Counted from the first letter of the stretch, positions 1 to 11,179 are shown. The stretch is 64,000 nucleotides of DNA from an uncultured Gammaproteobacteria bacterium (GCA_964435515.1 CAYSZD010000001.1:4026-68025); one strand, 5' to 3'. Numbers and translations: made by a program. Notes: generated by a model from the letters alone, not told the origin.

Positions 1-398
1 GCCTCTCTCCTCAACCAGAGGACACTAATAAGGCTTCATCTAGCGTGGAAGTTGTGGTTCCTTTTCCTGGTCAGCCGGTAGTACCTGTGGTGCCAGTGGA
101 GGCAGATACAGATGGAGATGGTCTAACTGATGACAGGGAGGCTAATATCGGAACCAATCCTTTAAGTGCCGATTCCGATGGCGATGGTTTACAAGATAAT
201 GAGGAATTAATGATATATAATACTAAACCATTAAACTCTGACTCCGATGGTGATGGTCTTACCGATTATGAAGAAATTTCTGTTTATGGTAGTGATCCTT
301 TGAGTATTGATTCTGATGGTGATGGTTATTCTGATGGTGAAGAAGTGCAAAATGGATATAATCCTGTTGGCGACGGAGCTTTAAAGACTAATTCATAA
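1..398 (+). CDS. C-terminal fragment of surface/secreted protein with thrombospondin type-3-like Ca-binding repeats (5' end outside window)
   Basis: Frame of ORF 45..398 stays open back to the window edge. Four DxDxDGxxDxxE units ([48 protein letters not shown]) are followed by an NGYNPVGDG tail. Confidence 0.7.
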   Translation, partial: LSPQPEDTNKASSSVEVVVPFPGQPVVPVVPVEADTDGDGLTDDREANIGTNPLSADSDGDGLQDNEELMIYNTKPLNSDSDGDGLTDYEEISVYGSDPLSIDSDGDGYSDGEEVQNGYNPVGDGALKTNS

Positions 399-402
399 TA
401 TT

Positions 403-591
403 ATGCCCGTTCAGGATAAAATTTCTGATCAAAAAAATAATTCTGTGGCCAAAAGTTTTAGCCTATATTTAAAAGTGCATATTATGCCTAAGTTGAACAC
501 CCCTTTAGGGGGTAAGGCTTGGCATTGGATAGTTCCTTTTGTGGCTGCTGGTGCTTTAATTGTAGCTTTGGTTTATTTTTTTGGTAATTAG
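403..591 (+). CDS. Hypothetical small membrane protein (alternative start at internal Met possible)
   Basis: 62-aa ORF with a C-terminal hydrophobic helix (WHWIVPFVAAGALIVALVYFF). Packed tightly between two same-strand genes. No recognisable family. Confidence 0.35.
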   Translation: MPVQDKISDQKNNSVAKSFSLYLKVHIMPKLNTPLGGKAWHWIVPFVAAGALIVALVYFFGN

Positions 592-597
592 AATATT

Positions 598-1605
598 ATG
601 AGTGTTTCTAAAAATAATAAAAATAATCAAAATATAGATACTGGTTTACAAACTAGGCTTAGTAAAGATTTTGTGGTTAAAAATATGCCAGCACTTTCTA
701 GTTTAAGTGGTGCTAGTTATGTTGAGGAAAATAAGACTGAGACAAAATCTCTTGGCTTAAAACAAAGTTTAGATTCTGGTGATAAGCATCGTAAAACAGG
801 ATTAATGATTGTCAGTGGTGGCATCATTTTTATTTTTATTATCTTTTATTTGGCCTATCGTTTTTTAATTAGCCCATCTTTAGATGAAACAAATAATGAA
901 ATTAACAATATTGCTTCATCTTCCGTTAAAGAAGAGTCAATAGTGCCAAATAATCAAGATGTAGATGTTATTGTTGAGCCGATTGTTATTGAAGAGCCGG
1001 TGGCTATTGTGGAAGATGAAGAACAGGATGAGTCAGATAACGCTATATTTTTACCTGAGATTATAGATACAGATGGTGATGGATTAAGTGATGAAAGCGA
1101 AGCTTTTTTAGGCAGTGATCCTCAAAACGCAGATACAGATAGTGATGGTTATTCTGATAAGCAAGAAATTTTAAATGGCTATAATCCTATTGGTCTAGGT
1201 TCTTTAAGTGAAAATTTAAACTTATCTCTTTTTGTTAATACTGATGAACATTATGCTTTAATTTATCCACGAGCCTGGAGCTCAAATATTATTAGTGAAA
1301 AGTCAGTTTTATTTTCGGCTCCTGATCAAGACTTTGTCCAGCTTTCTTATGAAGATAATGAAATAGTATATAGTAGTATTATAGATTGGTATCAGGAACA
1401 ATTTGCTGAGGTTGATACTTTGAGTGAAGATAGGTTGCTTACTAGTAGTTTTGGTCCTGGTATTAGAAGTGCTGATAATCAATTTGTTTATTTTTTAAGT
1501 GATAATGGTTCTCGAGTTTTTGTTTTATCTTATATTCCTGCAGGCGAAACAATGCCATATTTAGAAATTTTTAAAATGATGGTTTCAACTTTCATGAAAA
1601 TATAG
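598..1605 (+). CDS. Membrane-anchored protein with TSP3-like Ca-binding repeats and unknown C-terminal domain
   Basis: One TM helix (GLMIVSGGIIFIFIIFYLAY), an acidic linker, DTDGDGLSDESE and DTDSDGYSDKQE repeats, then NGYNPIGLG and about 140 aa with no recognisable family. Confidence 0.75.
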   Translation: MSVSKNNKNNQNIDTGLQTRLSKDFVVKNMPALSSLSGASYVEENKTETKSLGLKQSLDSGDKHRKTGLMIVSGGIIFIFIIFYLAYRFLISPSLDETNNEINNIASSSVKEESIVPNNQDVDVIVEPIVIEEPVAIVEDEEQDESDNAIFLPEIIDTDGDGLSDESEAFLGSDPQNADTDSDGYSDKQEILNGYNPIGLGSLSENLNLSLFVNTDEHYALIYPRAWSSNIISEKSVLFSAPDQDFVQLSYEDNEIVYSSIIDWYQEQFAEVDTLSEDRLLTSSFGPGIRSADNQFVYFLSDNGSRVFVLSYIPAGETMPYLEIFKMMVSTFMKI

Positions 1606-1616
1606 TTTTATATAAC

Positions 1617-1649
1617 AAAAAACTCGTTTTTTAACAAAACGAGTTTTTG
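1617..1649. terminator. Bidirectional intrinsic terminator between convergent genes
   Basis: ACTCGTTTT/AAAACGAGT 9-bp stem with a 5-nt loop, flanked by an A-run and a T-run. Sits between the + strand ORF ending at 1605 and clpP (- strand) ending at 1662. Confidence 0.7.
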
Positions 1650-1661
1650 TATTATTTATTT

Positions 1662-2243
1662 TTATTCTCGATCAATGATTTTATCAATTAAACCATATTT
1701 TTTAGCTTCTTGAGCACTCATAAAATTATCTCGATCACTATCTTTTTCCACTGTTTTAATATCTTGTTTGGTGTGTTCCGCTAAAATACGATTCATTTTG
1801 TCCTTAGTCTTGAGAATATGTTCAGCTCTAATTTTAATATCAGACGCTTGACCCTCTGCTCCTCCCATAACTTGATGAATCATAATTTCGCTATTAGGTA
1901 GGGCCAATCTTTTTCCGGGTGCACCAGCAGCTAATAGTACAGAGGCCATAGAAGCTGCTAGTCCGATACATATAGTAGATACAGGACATTTAATGTATTG
2001 CATGGTATCATATATTGCCAAGCCAGCTGACACTGAGCCTCCTGGTGAGTTAATATAGAACTTGATATCTTTATCCTTATCTTCAGCTGCTAAGAATAAC
2101 ATTTGGGCGATAACGATATTAGCTACGTGGTCATCAATTGCTTCACCTAAGAAAATTATCCTATCTTTTAATAGACGTGAATAAATATCATAAGCTCTTT
2201 CAATTTGACCATCTTTTTCAATTACTGTTGGTATTAAAGCCAT
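1662..2243 (-). CDS. clpP: ATP-dependent Clp protease proteolytic subunit
   Basis: 193 aa. Typical ClpP motifs: [20 protein letters not shown], catalytic Ser context [14 protein letters not shown], and MIHQ. Confidence 0.95.
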   Translation of the reverse strand: MALIPTVIEKDGQIERAYDIYSRLLKDRIIFLGEAIDDHVANIVIAQMLFLAAEDKDKDIKFYINSPGGSVSAGLAIYDTMQYIKCPVSTICIGLAASMASVLLAAGAPGKRLALPNSEIMIHQVMGGAEGQASDIKIRAEHILKTKDKMNRILAEHTKQDIKTVEKDSDRDNFMSAQEAKKYGLIDKIIDRE

Positions 2244-2386
2244 ATAGATTATTTTAATTATTTTTTTGCTATTATTAAAGATTATATTAAATATATATTC
2301 TTTTGTAAAGGCTCGTCTTGATTTTTTCCTATTTTTGGTCTAAGATTTTAGCAGTTTTAAATCTTTGCTAATGAATAAGTAATTTT

Positions 2387-4282
2387 ATGTCTAAATCAAA
2401 CAAATTTGTTGATTCTTTTAAGCGCCACCGTCAACGTTGGTTATTAGTATTATTAATAATTTTTGCTTTCACGGGGTTTATCTTGACTGCTGGCAACTAT
2501 TATAATCAAGCAGCACAGTACATTGCTGATAAAACTAATAATATCATAGTGTTACCTTTAGCACCTGATAGTCCTTTTGTGTTGGGCTTAGATCTTCAGG
2601 GCGGTACTCAATTAACCTATGAGGCTGATGTTACTGGAGTGCCAGAGGGCGATCGTTTGAGCGCTTTAGAAGGTGTTCGTGATATTATTGAGAGGAGAGT
2701 TAATGTGGCTGGTGTTAGTGAGCCATTAGTACAGATTAATCGTACTTTAAATGGAGATTATCGTATTATAGCAGAATTAGCAGGTATTAAAGATGTAAAT
2801 GAAGCTATTCGTTTAATTGGCGAAACTCCACTCTTGGAATTTAAAGAACAAGATATAAATAACAATGCAGTTTCAGCTGAACCCAATCAAGAGGCAGTAA
2901 TATTTAATCAAGAGGTTCAATCTCAGGCTCAAGCCGCTGTGCTTGATGCTAAAGGAGGAACGGATTTATCAGAATTAGCTCAAAAATATCAAGCAAGCTT
3001 TTCTTCTATCACGGATATAAACGCTAATACAAACCCTGAGTTAGCTAAGTCTTTGGCTAGCTTGAAAGTAGGGGAGATAGCATCTGAGCCCGTGGCTAGC
3101 AATGGCGTGTTACAGGTAGTAAAATTGACTGACAAAAAGAGTTTTAGTGATGCTTTTAAAACAGACGGAACTAGCGTAGAGGAGTTTATTTATAGCGCTG
3201 ATGTTTTAAGCTTTGTCTTACAGGATGTTTCTCCGGTTTTAAATTTAGAAGATTCTTGGGTTAATACTGAGTTGTCTGGTAAGAATTTAGATAGAGCGGT
3301 TTTACAGTTTAATCCTCAAGATGGTACGCCTGAGGTTTCATTAGAATTTGATAGTGAAGGTGCACAGATGTTTGCTGATATTACTGAGCGTAATATTGGT
3401 GCTCCAGTTGCAATCTTCTTAGACGGTTATGCTATTAGCGTCCCAACTGTAAATGAACGCATTCCTGATGGCAAAGCGGTTATTTCTGGTCAATTTAATG
3501 TACAAGAGGCAAAATTATTAGTACAAAGACTTAATACTGGTGCTTTACCAGTTCCTATTCATTTAGTTGGACAACAAACAGTTGGTGCTAGTTTGGGTCA
3601 AAAATCAATCATAAATAGTGTTAATGCTGGTATGTTTGGTTTATTACTAGTTGCTTTGTTTATGATCGTTTTTTATCGTTTACCTGGTTTAGTGTCTGTA
3701 TTTTCTTTGTTTATTTATTCTATGACAGTTTTGACTATTTTTAAATCAGCTCCTATATGGTTGGCTCTTTTATTTATTTTCTTGTTAGTATTTTTATTTG
3801 TTAATATTTTTGATCATTTGAAGATTTTTGATGGTGCTATATCAGCTTTGTTTTTTCTCATAATTCTTTCTTTCTTGGTATATTATGCTAATCAGCCAGT
3901 AACTTTAACTTTAGCTGGAATTACAGGATTTATTCTGTCTATTGGCATGGCAGTTGATGCAAATATTTTGATTTTTGAACGCATGAAAGAAGAATTACGT
4001 TTAGGAAAACCATTAGACGCTTCTTTGGATGACGGCTTTAAGAGGGCTTGGCCTTCAATTAGAGATGGTAATATTACTACAATCCTAACTTGTTTTGTAT
4101 TGATGGGCTTTGGTACAGGCTTAGTTAAAGGTTTTGGTGCTACTTTATTTATTGGCGTATCTATCTCAATGTTTAGTAGTATTGTTATAACTTATATTTT
4201 ATTAAAAATATTTAAGAGTTCATGGCTTGATCGTCATCGCTGGCTATTGGGAGTCAGAAAGATTAAAAAAATAAAAGATTAA
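2387..4282 (+). CDS. secD: Protein translocase subunit SecD
   Basis: 631 aa. N-terminal TM helix, large periplasmic domain (LGLDLQGGT), and a C-terminal 6-TM block with the GMAVDANILIFERMKEE motif. Followed by secF. Confidence 0.9.
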   Translation: MSKSNKFVDSFKRHRQRWLLVLLIIFAFTGFILTAGNYYNQAAQYIADKTNNIIVLPLAPDSPFVLGLDLQGGTQLTYEADVTGVPEGDRLSALEGVRDIIERRVNVAGVSEPLVQINRTLNGDYRIIAELAGIKDVNEAIRLIGETPLLEFKEQDINNNAVSAEPNQEAVIFNQEVQSQAQAAVLDAKGGTDLSELAQKYQASFSSITDINANTNPELAKSLASLKVGEIASEPVASNGVLQVVKLTDKKSFSDAFKTDGTSVEEFIYSADVLSFVLQDVSPVLNLEDSWVNTELSGKNLDRAVLQFNPQDGTPEVSLEFDSEGAQMFADITERNIGAPVAIFLDGYAISVPTVNERIPDGKAVISGQFNVQEAKLLVQRLNTGALPVPIHLVGQQTVGASLGQKSIINSVNAGMFGLLLVALFMIVFYRLPGLVSVFSLFIYSMTVLTIFKSAPIWLALLFIFLLVFLFVNIFDHLKIFDGAISALFFLIILSFLVYYANQPVTLTLAGITGFILSIGMAVDANILIFERMKEELRLGKPLDASLDDGFKRAWPSIRDGNITTILTCFVLMGFGTGLVKGFGATLFIGVSISMFSSIVITYILLKIFKSSWLDRHRWLLGVRKIKKIKD

Positions 4283-4308
4283 AATTATCTTTATCTAATA
4301 TAAATTAT

Positions 4309-5211
4309 ATGACTCACTTTAATATTATTAAACATCGTTCAATCTGGTTGGGTATATCTATGGCTTTGGTGGTAGTGGCTGTTATTGCTTTATTTTCTTG
4401 GGGGTTAAAATTTGGTATTGATTTTAGCGGTGGTAGTTTATTGGAAGTAAAGTTTGCTAATGGACAGCCTAGCGTTGCATCAGTACAAAATCAATTAGCT
4501 GAAGTATCAATTAGTAGTTTAATTGTTCAACCTACTGAAGATAGTTTTATTCTTCGTTTTAAAGAAAGTGATGAAGATTCTCATCAAATAGTTAAAGAAA
4601 AATTAGCACAATTACCAGAAGCTAGTAGTGGCTTAGAAGAAGTGCGCTTTGAAGCTATTGGTCCGTCTATCGGACAAGAGCTTAGAAGTAAGTCTTTTTG
4701 GTTAATGTTTTTTGTGCTATTGGTCATTATTATTTATATTGCTTTTGCTTTTAAAAAGGTTTCGAAACCGGTTGCTTCTTGGAAATATGGCTTAATTGCA
4801 ATTATAGCTTTATTTCATGATGTTTTAATTACTTTAGGTGTTTTTGCTGTTTTGGGTAGGTTTTATGGCATTGAGATAAATACAACCTTTGTTGTCGCTA
4901 TATTAACCGTCTTGGGTTATAGCGTGAATGATACTATTGTAGTTTTTGATCGTACTAGAGAAAATTTACCAAAGAGTACTGATAATTTTGCTACCACTGT
5001 TAATGATAGTGTAAATCAAACTTTAGTACGTTCTTTGAGTACATCTTTTACAACAATTTTAGTATTATTGGCTGTCTTTTTCTTGGGAGGAGATTCTGTT
5101 AGTGATTTTGTGTTAGCTTTAATTATTGGTATTTTCTTTGGTTCTTATAGTTCTGTATTTGTGACTAGTCCGTTATTGGTTGTTTGGGAAAAATGGCAAA
5201 GACGTGCTTAA
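4309..5211 (+). CDS. secF: Protein translocase subunit SecF
   Basis: 300 aa. Motifs GIDFSGGS and GYSVNDTIVVFDRTREN, with a 6-TM topology. Immediately downstream of secD. Confidence 0.9.
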   Translation: MTHFNIIKHRSIWLGISMALVVVAVIALFSWGLKFGIDFSGGSLLEVKFANGQPSVASVQNQLAEVSISSLIVQPTEDSFILRFKESDEDSHQIVKEKLAQLPEASSGLEEVRFEAIGPSIGQELRSKSFWLMFFVLLVIIIYIAFAFKKVSKPVASWKYGLIAIIALFHDVLITLGVFAVLGRFYGIEINTTFVVAILTVLGYSVNDTIVVFDRTRENLPKSTDNFATTVNDSVNQTLVRSLSTSFTTILVLLAVFFLGGDSVSDFVLALIIGIFFGSYSSVFVTSPLLVVWEKWQRRA

Positions 5212-5230
5212 TTTATTTATTTATTACGAT

Positions 5231-5263
5231 AAAAAGACTGCTAAAATATAGCAGTCTTTTTTT
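5231..5263 (+). terminator. Intrinsic terminator after secF
   Basis: AGACTGC/GCAGTCT stem followed by a T-run. Confidence 0.7.
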
Positions 5264-5299
5264 AAATCTTATGTTATACTGATTATAGTAATAAATAAT

Positions 5300-7615
5300 A
5301 TGAAGAAAATAGATTTGTTAGGAATTATGAATTTTTTTAAGCCAATATTTTATTATTCGGCTTTAATTATGGTACCTTTGGGCATGTCATTTTTTTTACC
5401 AATATATAGTCCTTTTACCATGATTAAGTCGGCTTGGTTACAAATATTAGCCGCTTTAATGCTTTTATCTTACTTAATATCTTTTTGGTATAATTATCGC
5501 CAAGGAATAATTAAGATTAACAAGAAATTTGTTTTAACTCTTATACCTTGGGCTACTTTTTTATTAACATTATTAGTGTTAAATATTTTTTCTAGTTATC
5601 AAGCTCAGTCTTTTTTTGGTTCTTATGATAGACAGACTGGTTTTTTATTTTATAGTACTTTAGCAATTTGGTTTGCAATGATAGTTTATTATTTTAGTGG
5701 ATTAGATAATCAAGATAAAGATGCCTTTGTTTTTTGGCAGCAGGGCGTGAAGAGAAGTGCTGTAATAATGTGGATTACAGGCACCTTGGCGGCCGTATAT
5801 GCTTGTTTACAGTTTGTGGGACTTGATTTCGCTGTGTGGCAAGAAGGTCAATTATTAAATCGTTCCATTTCTACTTTAGGCCAGCCTAATTTTTTAGCTT
5901 CTTTTTTATTATTTTCTTTAATAATTAGTGCTTATTTATTTTATTTAAATAAAAGATTTTTAAATCGATCTATTTTGTTTATCACTGTTGTTATTCAATT
6001 GCTAGCTTTAGTTACTAGTGGCTCTCGATCAGCGTGGATAGCTTTTACTATAGCTTTATTAATAATCACTACTTTACTTTTTTGGTCTAAATGGCGTCAA
6101 AAAACATTGATTTTAGTTATTGGCATTTTTATTGTTATTGTTTCTTTTTTTGTGTTTCTTTCTCCTGCTAGATTTGAAGCTTTATTATCTTGGCGTGAAG
6201 GTAGCTTGGGCTTGCGTTCTTATTTCTATAGTGCTGCTCCTAATTTAATTGCTGATAATATATTAACAGGTACGGGCTTAGAAAATGGAGGTGAGGCTAT
6301 TATTGGTAGTTATGAACCTGATTGGGGAATATTTATGCAGATTAATGGATACTCTGATAAATTGCATAATAGCTTCTTAGATATATTGTTGCAATTAGGT
6401 ATATTTGGTTTTATTTTTTATGTTTTATTATATTTATTTGTTTTAAGAGAGTTCTTACGTTTATGGCACAGGCCACAGACTAAAGAGTTTGCTATTTTTA
6501 TTGGTACAGCTCTTATAGCTTATAGTCTTAGTTTATTATTTGGTTTATCTGATATTGTTAATATTTTTTATTTTTGGGTTTTAGCCGCTTTAGGTGTAGC
6601 AGCTAATTTAATTTTTGATTTAAAAAATGAACCTAACAAAAATATATATAGTTATTTGCAAGGGATAAAAAAATTTTTTCATTATCAACATGCAAATAAA
6701 GTAAAGGATATATTTTTATTAATTATGTCCTTTGTTCTGGCTTGTTTTGCAATTTTACAAATTTATTTAAGTCTTAGTTCGGTTAGAGCTGATCATTATT
6801 TTTTAAATTTATATAAACAGTCTTTAAATAAGGAATATTTTACAGCTGAGTTGTTATATCAATATATTTTAGAAGATTCTCATCAGCCTGTTTATCGTGC
6901 TTATTATCAAAGAGCTTACGCCTTTTTTATTTTAGATGCTTTGGATGGATCGTTAGATTTGAGCACAATGAAATTATTAAAAGATACAGCTCGTAGTATT
7001 TTAAATGATTTACCTGATCAAGCTTATGATAATATATATATTAAGGCTAATTTAGAGTGTAATTTAAAAAATATTAATAGCGCCATGACAAAATTTAATA
7101 ATTTACAGAATATAAGCCAGGCACGACCAGCTATATATGCAGCGCAGGCAAATTGTTTAGCTGATAGTAATGTTGCTTTAGCTTTAGATAATTATTATCA
7201 AGCTTTATCTTTTTTACCAAATGTTCAAGACTCACGTCTAGTAGCTGAACATAAAGATTATTTAAATTATTATAATTATTTTATTTATAGTAAAATTGGT
7301 GATTTGTATTATAATAATAAAAGCTATAAAGAGGCTCTAAATTCTTATGGTCGGGCAGCTTATTTTTATCCTAAAGATTTAAAGATTTTAGAGCACGTTG
7401 CTCAATCCGCTTTTTATCTTCAAGATTATCAATTGGCTTATCAAGTATTAGAACATGCATATTTAAGAAATCCTGATATATATTGGATAGAACGCTTAAT
7501 AGCCCTGGCTCATGGTTTAAATGATGAGACCAAACTTCAAAATTATATAGATACTTGGCAAGAGTTAAGTGGTGAGGAATTTAATAATTTATTTGAAAAT
7601 TTAATTTTTCCTTAA
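5300..7615 (+). CDS. O-antigen ligase/polymerase-like polytopic membrane protein with C-terminal TPR-like repeats
   Basis: About 12 hydrophobic helices. Wzy_C-like stretch SGSRSAWIAFTIALLII. The C-terminal 300 aa are helical repeats rich in Y/A/L (TPR-like). Confidence 0.7.
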   Translation: MKKIDLLGIMNFFKPIFYYSALIMVPLGMSFFLPIYSPFTMIKSAWLQILAALMLLSYLISFWYNYRQGIIKINKKFVLTLIPWATFLLTLLVLNIFSSYQAQSFFGSYDRQTGFLFYSTLAIWFAMIVYYFSGLDNQDKDAFVFWQQGVKRSAVIMWITGTLAAVYACLQFVGLDFAVWQEGQLLNRSISTLGQPNFLASFLLFSLIISAYLFYLNKRFLNRSILFITVVIQLLALVTSGSRSAWIAFTIALLIITTLLFWSKWRQKTLILVIGIFIVIVSFFVFLSPARFEALLSWREGSLGLRSYFYSAAPNLIADNILTGTGLENGGEAIIGSYEPDWGIFMQINGYSDKLHNSFLDILLQLGIFGFIFYVLLYLFVLREFLRLWHRPQTKEFAIFIGTALIAYSLSLLFGLSDIVNIFYFWVLAALGVAANLIFDLKNEPNKNIYSYLQGIKKFFHYQHANKVKDIFLLIMSFVLACFAILQIYLSLSSVRADHYFLNLYKQSLNKEYFTAELLYQYILEDSHQPVYRAYYQRAYAFFILDALDGSLDLSTMKLLKDTARSILNDLPDQAYDNIYIKANLECNLKNINSAMTKFNNLQNISQARPAIYAAQANCLADSNVALALDNYYQALSFLPNVQDSRLVAEHKDYLNYYNYFIYSKIGDLYYNNKSYKEALNSYGRAAYFYPKDLKILEHVAQSAFYLQDYQLAYQVLEHAYLRNPDIYWIERLIALAHGLNDETKLQNYIDTWQELSGEEFNNLFENLIFP

Positions 7616-7617
7616 TT

Positions 7618-8421
7618 ATGATTTATTTTACTATACTAGTTATTTTACTTGGTTTAACTTTGGGCAGTTTTGCTAATTGTTTGATTTGGCGTTTATATAA
7701 AGAGGAGGGCATCGGTGGACGTTCATATTGTCCTTTGTGCGGACATGCAATTAATTGGTATGATAATATTCCTTTTTTGAGTTATTTAATTTTACGTGGT
7801 CGTTGTCGTTATTGTCGTGCTCATATTTCTTGGCATTATCCCGTGGTAGAAGTTGTTACGGCTATTTTATTTTTAGTTTTTTGGTTACAACAATTTAATT
7901 TTTCTTTTGTTAATAATGAATTTTTATTAACAAGCATATTTTCTCCTTCTTTTTTCTTGCGTTTAATATATTTATTTTTAGTAACGTGGACATTAATTAT
8001 TATTTTCGTTTTTGATGCTCGCTATTATTTAGTTTCTACTATTTTAGTGTGGCCAGCGACAATAGTTTTCTTTTTGTTAAATATTTTTATGGGAGCTTCT
8101 TGGCTTAGTTTGGTGACGGGCATGGCTGGTGCAGCTATCTTTTTTTTATTGCAATATATTCTTACCAAGGGTAAAGGTTTGGGCGAGGGGGATATTTGGT
8201 TGGGCATATTATTGGGAGCAATTTTTGCGAATCCAGTTTCTTTGGTGTTTGCAATTTTTAGTGCTTATATTCTAGGGAGTATAACTGGATTATTTTTGAT
8301 AGTATTAAATAGAAAAGTTTGGAGCTCAAAGCTTCCTTTAGGAGTTTTTTTGGCTTTAGGCGCAATAATTACTTTAATCTTAGAGACTAATATATTAAAT
8401 TGGTATCATTTATTCTTTTAG
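7618..8421 (+). CDS. pilD: Type IV prepilin peptidase (A24 family)
   Basis: CPLCGH...CRYCRAHISWHYPVVE zinc motif, catalytic Asp contexts FDARYY and GLGEGDIWLG, and polytopic topology. The start lies 3 nt after the upstream stop. Confidence 0.85.
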   Translation: MIYFTILVILLGLTLGSFANCLIWRLYKEEGIGGRSYCPLCGHAINWYDNIPFLSYLILRGRCRYCRAHISWHYPVVEVVTAILFLVFWLQQFNFSFVNNEFLLTSIFSPSFFLRLIYLFLVTWTLIIIFVFDARYYLVSTILVWPATIVFFLLNIFMGASWLSLVTGMAGAAIFFLLQYILTKGKGLGEGDIWLGILLGAIFANPVSLVFAIFSAYILGSITGLFLIVLNRKVWSSKLPLGVFLALGAIITLILETNILNWYHLFF

Positions 8422-8517
8422 TTGTGAATATTTGAAAAATTTACTATAATATACATATATAGCTTTATTTTTTATTGAGCTTTTATTTAAGCTCTTAAGC
8501 TATTTTAATTATTTTTT

Positions 8518-9774
8518 ATGAAAGAAGATATAATTGCCGGATTAGACATCGGTTCTACTGCAGTTCGCCTAGTGATTGGTCAGAAAATATCTGGACCTTC
8601 GGGTGAAGAACTGCAGATTATTGGGGCAGTTTCTTCTCCTACTGCTGGTGTAAGTAAGGGGGTGGTTAATAGTATTGAAGAAACTACTTCGTCTATTTCT
8701 GCTTGTTTAGAAAAGGCAGAAAGAATTATTGGCGTTCCAATTACTAATGTTTGGGTGGGCATTAATGACCCTCATATTAAATGTGAAAGAAGTAAAGGGG
8801 TAGTAGCTGTTAGTAAAAGTGATGGTGAAATAAATGAAGCTGATGTGGCTAGGGCTATAGAGGCTGCTCGTGCTTTAGCTGTGCCTGTAAATTATGAAAT
8901 TTTACACGTCATGCCAATTAAGTTTAGTGTAGACAATCAAAATGATATAAAAGACCCGATTGGTATGAGTGGCATTAGGTTGGAAGTAGAGACTTTAATT
9001 ATTCAAGGACTTAGTACTCAAACTAAAAATTTAACTAAAGCTATATTTCGTACTGGTCTAGAAATTGAAGATTTAGTTATTTCTCCTTTAGCAGCTGCTG
9101 AAGCAGTTTTAAGTCCTAAACAAAAAGAATTAGGCGTAGCTTTAATTAACATCGGTTCCTCTACTACATCTTTAGCTGTTTATGAAGAGCGTAATCTTCT
9201 TCATGCCGCCGTTTTACCTATTGGCTCAGAATATATTACCAATGATATTGCCTTAGGTCTTCGTTGTCCTATTAATTTAGCAGAAAGGATAAAATTAGAG
9301 TATGGTAATGCTAACGCTAGTTTGTTTGAAAAAGATGAAGAAATTGATGTTAGTAATTTAGTTAAAGAAGAGGATGTAAATGATGATATAAGCATTGTAT
9401 CTAGAAAATATATAGCTGAGATTATTGAGGCTAGAGTGGAAGAAATATTTGATAAAATAGATAAAGAGTTGCAAAAAATAGACCGTTCTGGTATGTTGCC
9501 AGCGGGGGCTATATTTACAGGTTCTGGAGCTCAACTTGATGGTCTAATTGATGTAGCTAAGCGCGTTCTGAGACTACCAGCGGCCCTAGGACAGTCTAAA
9601 AATGTAAACGTGGTAATTGATAAGGTTAAGTCTCCTGAGTTCCTTCCAGCCCTAGGTTTAGTTATTTGGGGTGCCAATGAAGACTCGGGTCAGTCTAGTA
9701 ATGGGTTTAATAAGAGTATGGGCAATATTTTTGGTAAAGCTAAAAATATTTTCCAAAAGATAATACCAAGATAA
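8518..9774 (+). CDS. ftsA: Cell division protein FtsA
   Basis: Actin-fold N-terminus GLDIGSTAVRLVIG, 418 aa, directly upstream of ftsZ. Confidence 0.9.
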   Translation: MKEDIIAGLDIGSTAVRLVIGQKISGPSGEELQIIGAVSSPTAGVSKGVVNSIEETTSSISACLEKAERIIGVPITNVWVGINDPHIKCERSKGVVAVSKSDGEINEADVARAIEAARALAVPVNYEILHVMPIKFSVDNQNDIKDPIGMSGIRLEVETLIIQGLSTQTKNLTKAIFRTGLEIEDLVISPLAAAEAVLSPKQKELGVALINIGSSTTSLAVYEERNLLHAAVLPIGSEYITNDIALGLRCPINLAERIKLEYGNANASLFEKDEEIDVSNLVKEEDVNDDISIVSRKYIAEIIEARVEEIFDKIDKELQKIDRSGMLPAGAIFTGSGAQLDGLIDVAKRVLRLPAALGQSKNVNVVIDKVKSPEFLPALGLVIWGANEDSGQSSNGFNKSMGNIFGKAKNIFQKIIPR

Positions 9775-9829
9775 TTAATTTAGACAGGTGCTTAGAATAT
9801 AGGTTTAAGTAACTGTTCATTTTCTTAAT

Positions 9830-11032
9830 ATGGCAGAGGTAAAACCAGAGATAGAAACTTTTGCAAAAATAAAGGTTGTTGGTGTGGGCGGTGGTGGCGG
9901 TAGCGCTATTAACCGTATGATTGATAATGGCATTAGAGGTGTAGAATTTGTAGCAATTAACACCGATATTCAAGCTTTACATTTTAATAAAGCAGGCGAA
10001 AAAATCCATATTGGTAAAACTGTGACTAGAGGGCTAGGAGCGGGCATGAATCCGGATTTGGGTAAAGGAGCAGCTGAGGAATCTCAGAATGAAATCAGAG
10101 AGGCTTTAAAAGGTTGTGATATGGTATTTGTAACTTGTGGATTAGGCGGTGGAACTGGTTCAGGAGCTTCGCCAATTGTAGCTCAAATTGCTCGTGATTT
10201 AGGCGCTTTAACCGTTGCTGTTGTTACTAAGCCTTTTATTTTTGAAGGTGGACAACGCAAGAACATTGCTGATCGTGCTTTTGCTGATTTAGCTGATAAA
10301 GTGGACACTATTATTACTATTTCTAATGATAAATTACTTCAAGTGATTGATAAACGAACCTCTCTTTTAGAGGCTTTTCAAATTGCAGATGATGTCTTAC
10401 GTCAAGGCGTACAAGGTATTGCAGAAATTATTACAGTTCCAGGCGTAATTAATGCTGACTTTGCTGATGTAAAGGCGGTTATGGCTAATGCTGGCTCGGC
10501 CTTAATGGGTATTGGGCAAGCTAATGGTGAAAACAAGGCTATTGAAGCAGCTAAAGCGGCAATTAACTCTAATCTGCTTGATATGTCTATTGATGGTGCC
10601 CGTGGTATCGTCTTTACCATTACTGGTGGTCCAGACTTAAGCATGAATGAGGTTAGCGATGCTGCTAAAGTTATTACTTCAGCCGCTGATGAAGATGCTA
10701 AGATTATCTTTGGTGCTGTAATTGATGAAAAGATGAAGGATCAAATTAAAATTACCGTAGTTGCTACTGGTTTTGATGGTAAGGGTAAGAGTGGATTAAA
10801 AACTGAGTCTAAGAGTTATACTCCTAATCCTTTTATAGAAAGTGAAAAAGAAAAAGAAAATTCAAGTACTTCTCCATGGGGGGACAAAAAGATAAAAACA
10901 CCAGCTATTAAAAATATTCCTTTAAAACCATTAGTTGAAAAGAAGTTAGAGAAGAAGATAGAAGATGATGATGACATTGACGAAGAGGATGATTTAAGTG
11001 TCCCGGCCTTTATTAGGAAGAAGATGATGTAG
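9830..11032 (+). CDS. ftsZ: Cell division GTPase FtsZ
   Basis: Tubulin signature [18 protein letters not shown]-terminal [14 protein letters not shown], and a conserved C-terminal peptide [12 protein letters not shown]. Confidence 0.97.
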   Translation: MAEVKPEIETFAKIKVVGVGGGGGSAINRMIDNGIRGVEFVAINTDIQALHFNKAGEKIHIGKTVTRGLGAGMNPDLGKGAAEESQNEIREALKGCDMVFVTCGLGGGTGSGASPIVAQIARDLGALTVAVVTKPFIFEGGQRKNIADRAFADLADKVDTIITISNDKLLQVIDKRTSLLEAFQIADDVLRQGVQGIAEIITVPGVINADFADVKAVMANAGSALMGIGQANGENKAIEAAKAAINSNLLDMSIDGARGIVFTITGGPDLSMNEVSDAAKVITSAADEDAKIIFGAVIDEKMKDQIKITVVATGFDGKGKSGLKTESKSYTPNPFIESEKEKENSSTSPWGDKKIKTPAIKNIPLKPLVEKKLEKKIEDDDDIDEEDDLSVPAFIRKKMM

Positions 11033-11060
11033 TATTGATTAAAATAATTTATAAATATTA

Positions 11061-11088
11061 AAAAATAGAGTTAAATACTCTATTTTTT
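11061..11088 (+). terminator. Intrinsic terminator after ftsZ
   Basis: ATAGAGT/ACTCTAT stem with a TAAAT loop, followed by TTTTT. Confidence 0.65.
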
Positions 11089-11179
11089 GTTTCTCCTTTC
11101 TCTTTTTTGTTATGAACTTATCCACAGCTTTGAATTAATATTAAAAAAAGTATTATTTTTTTCTAAATATTGGCTGATT

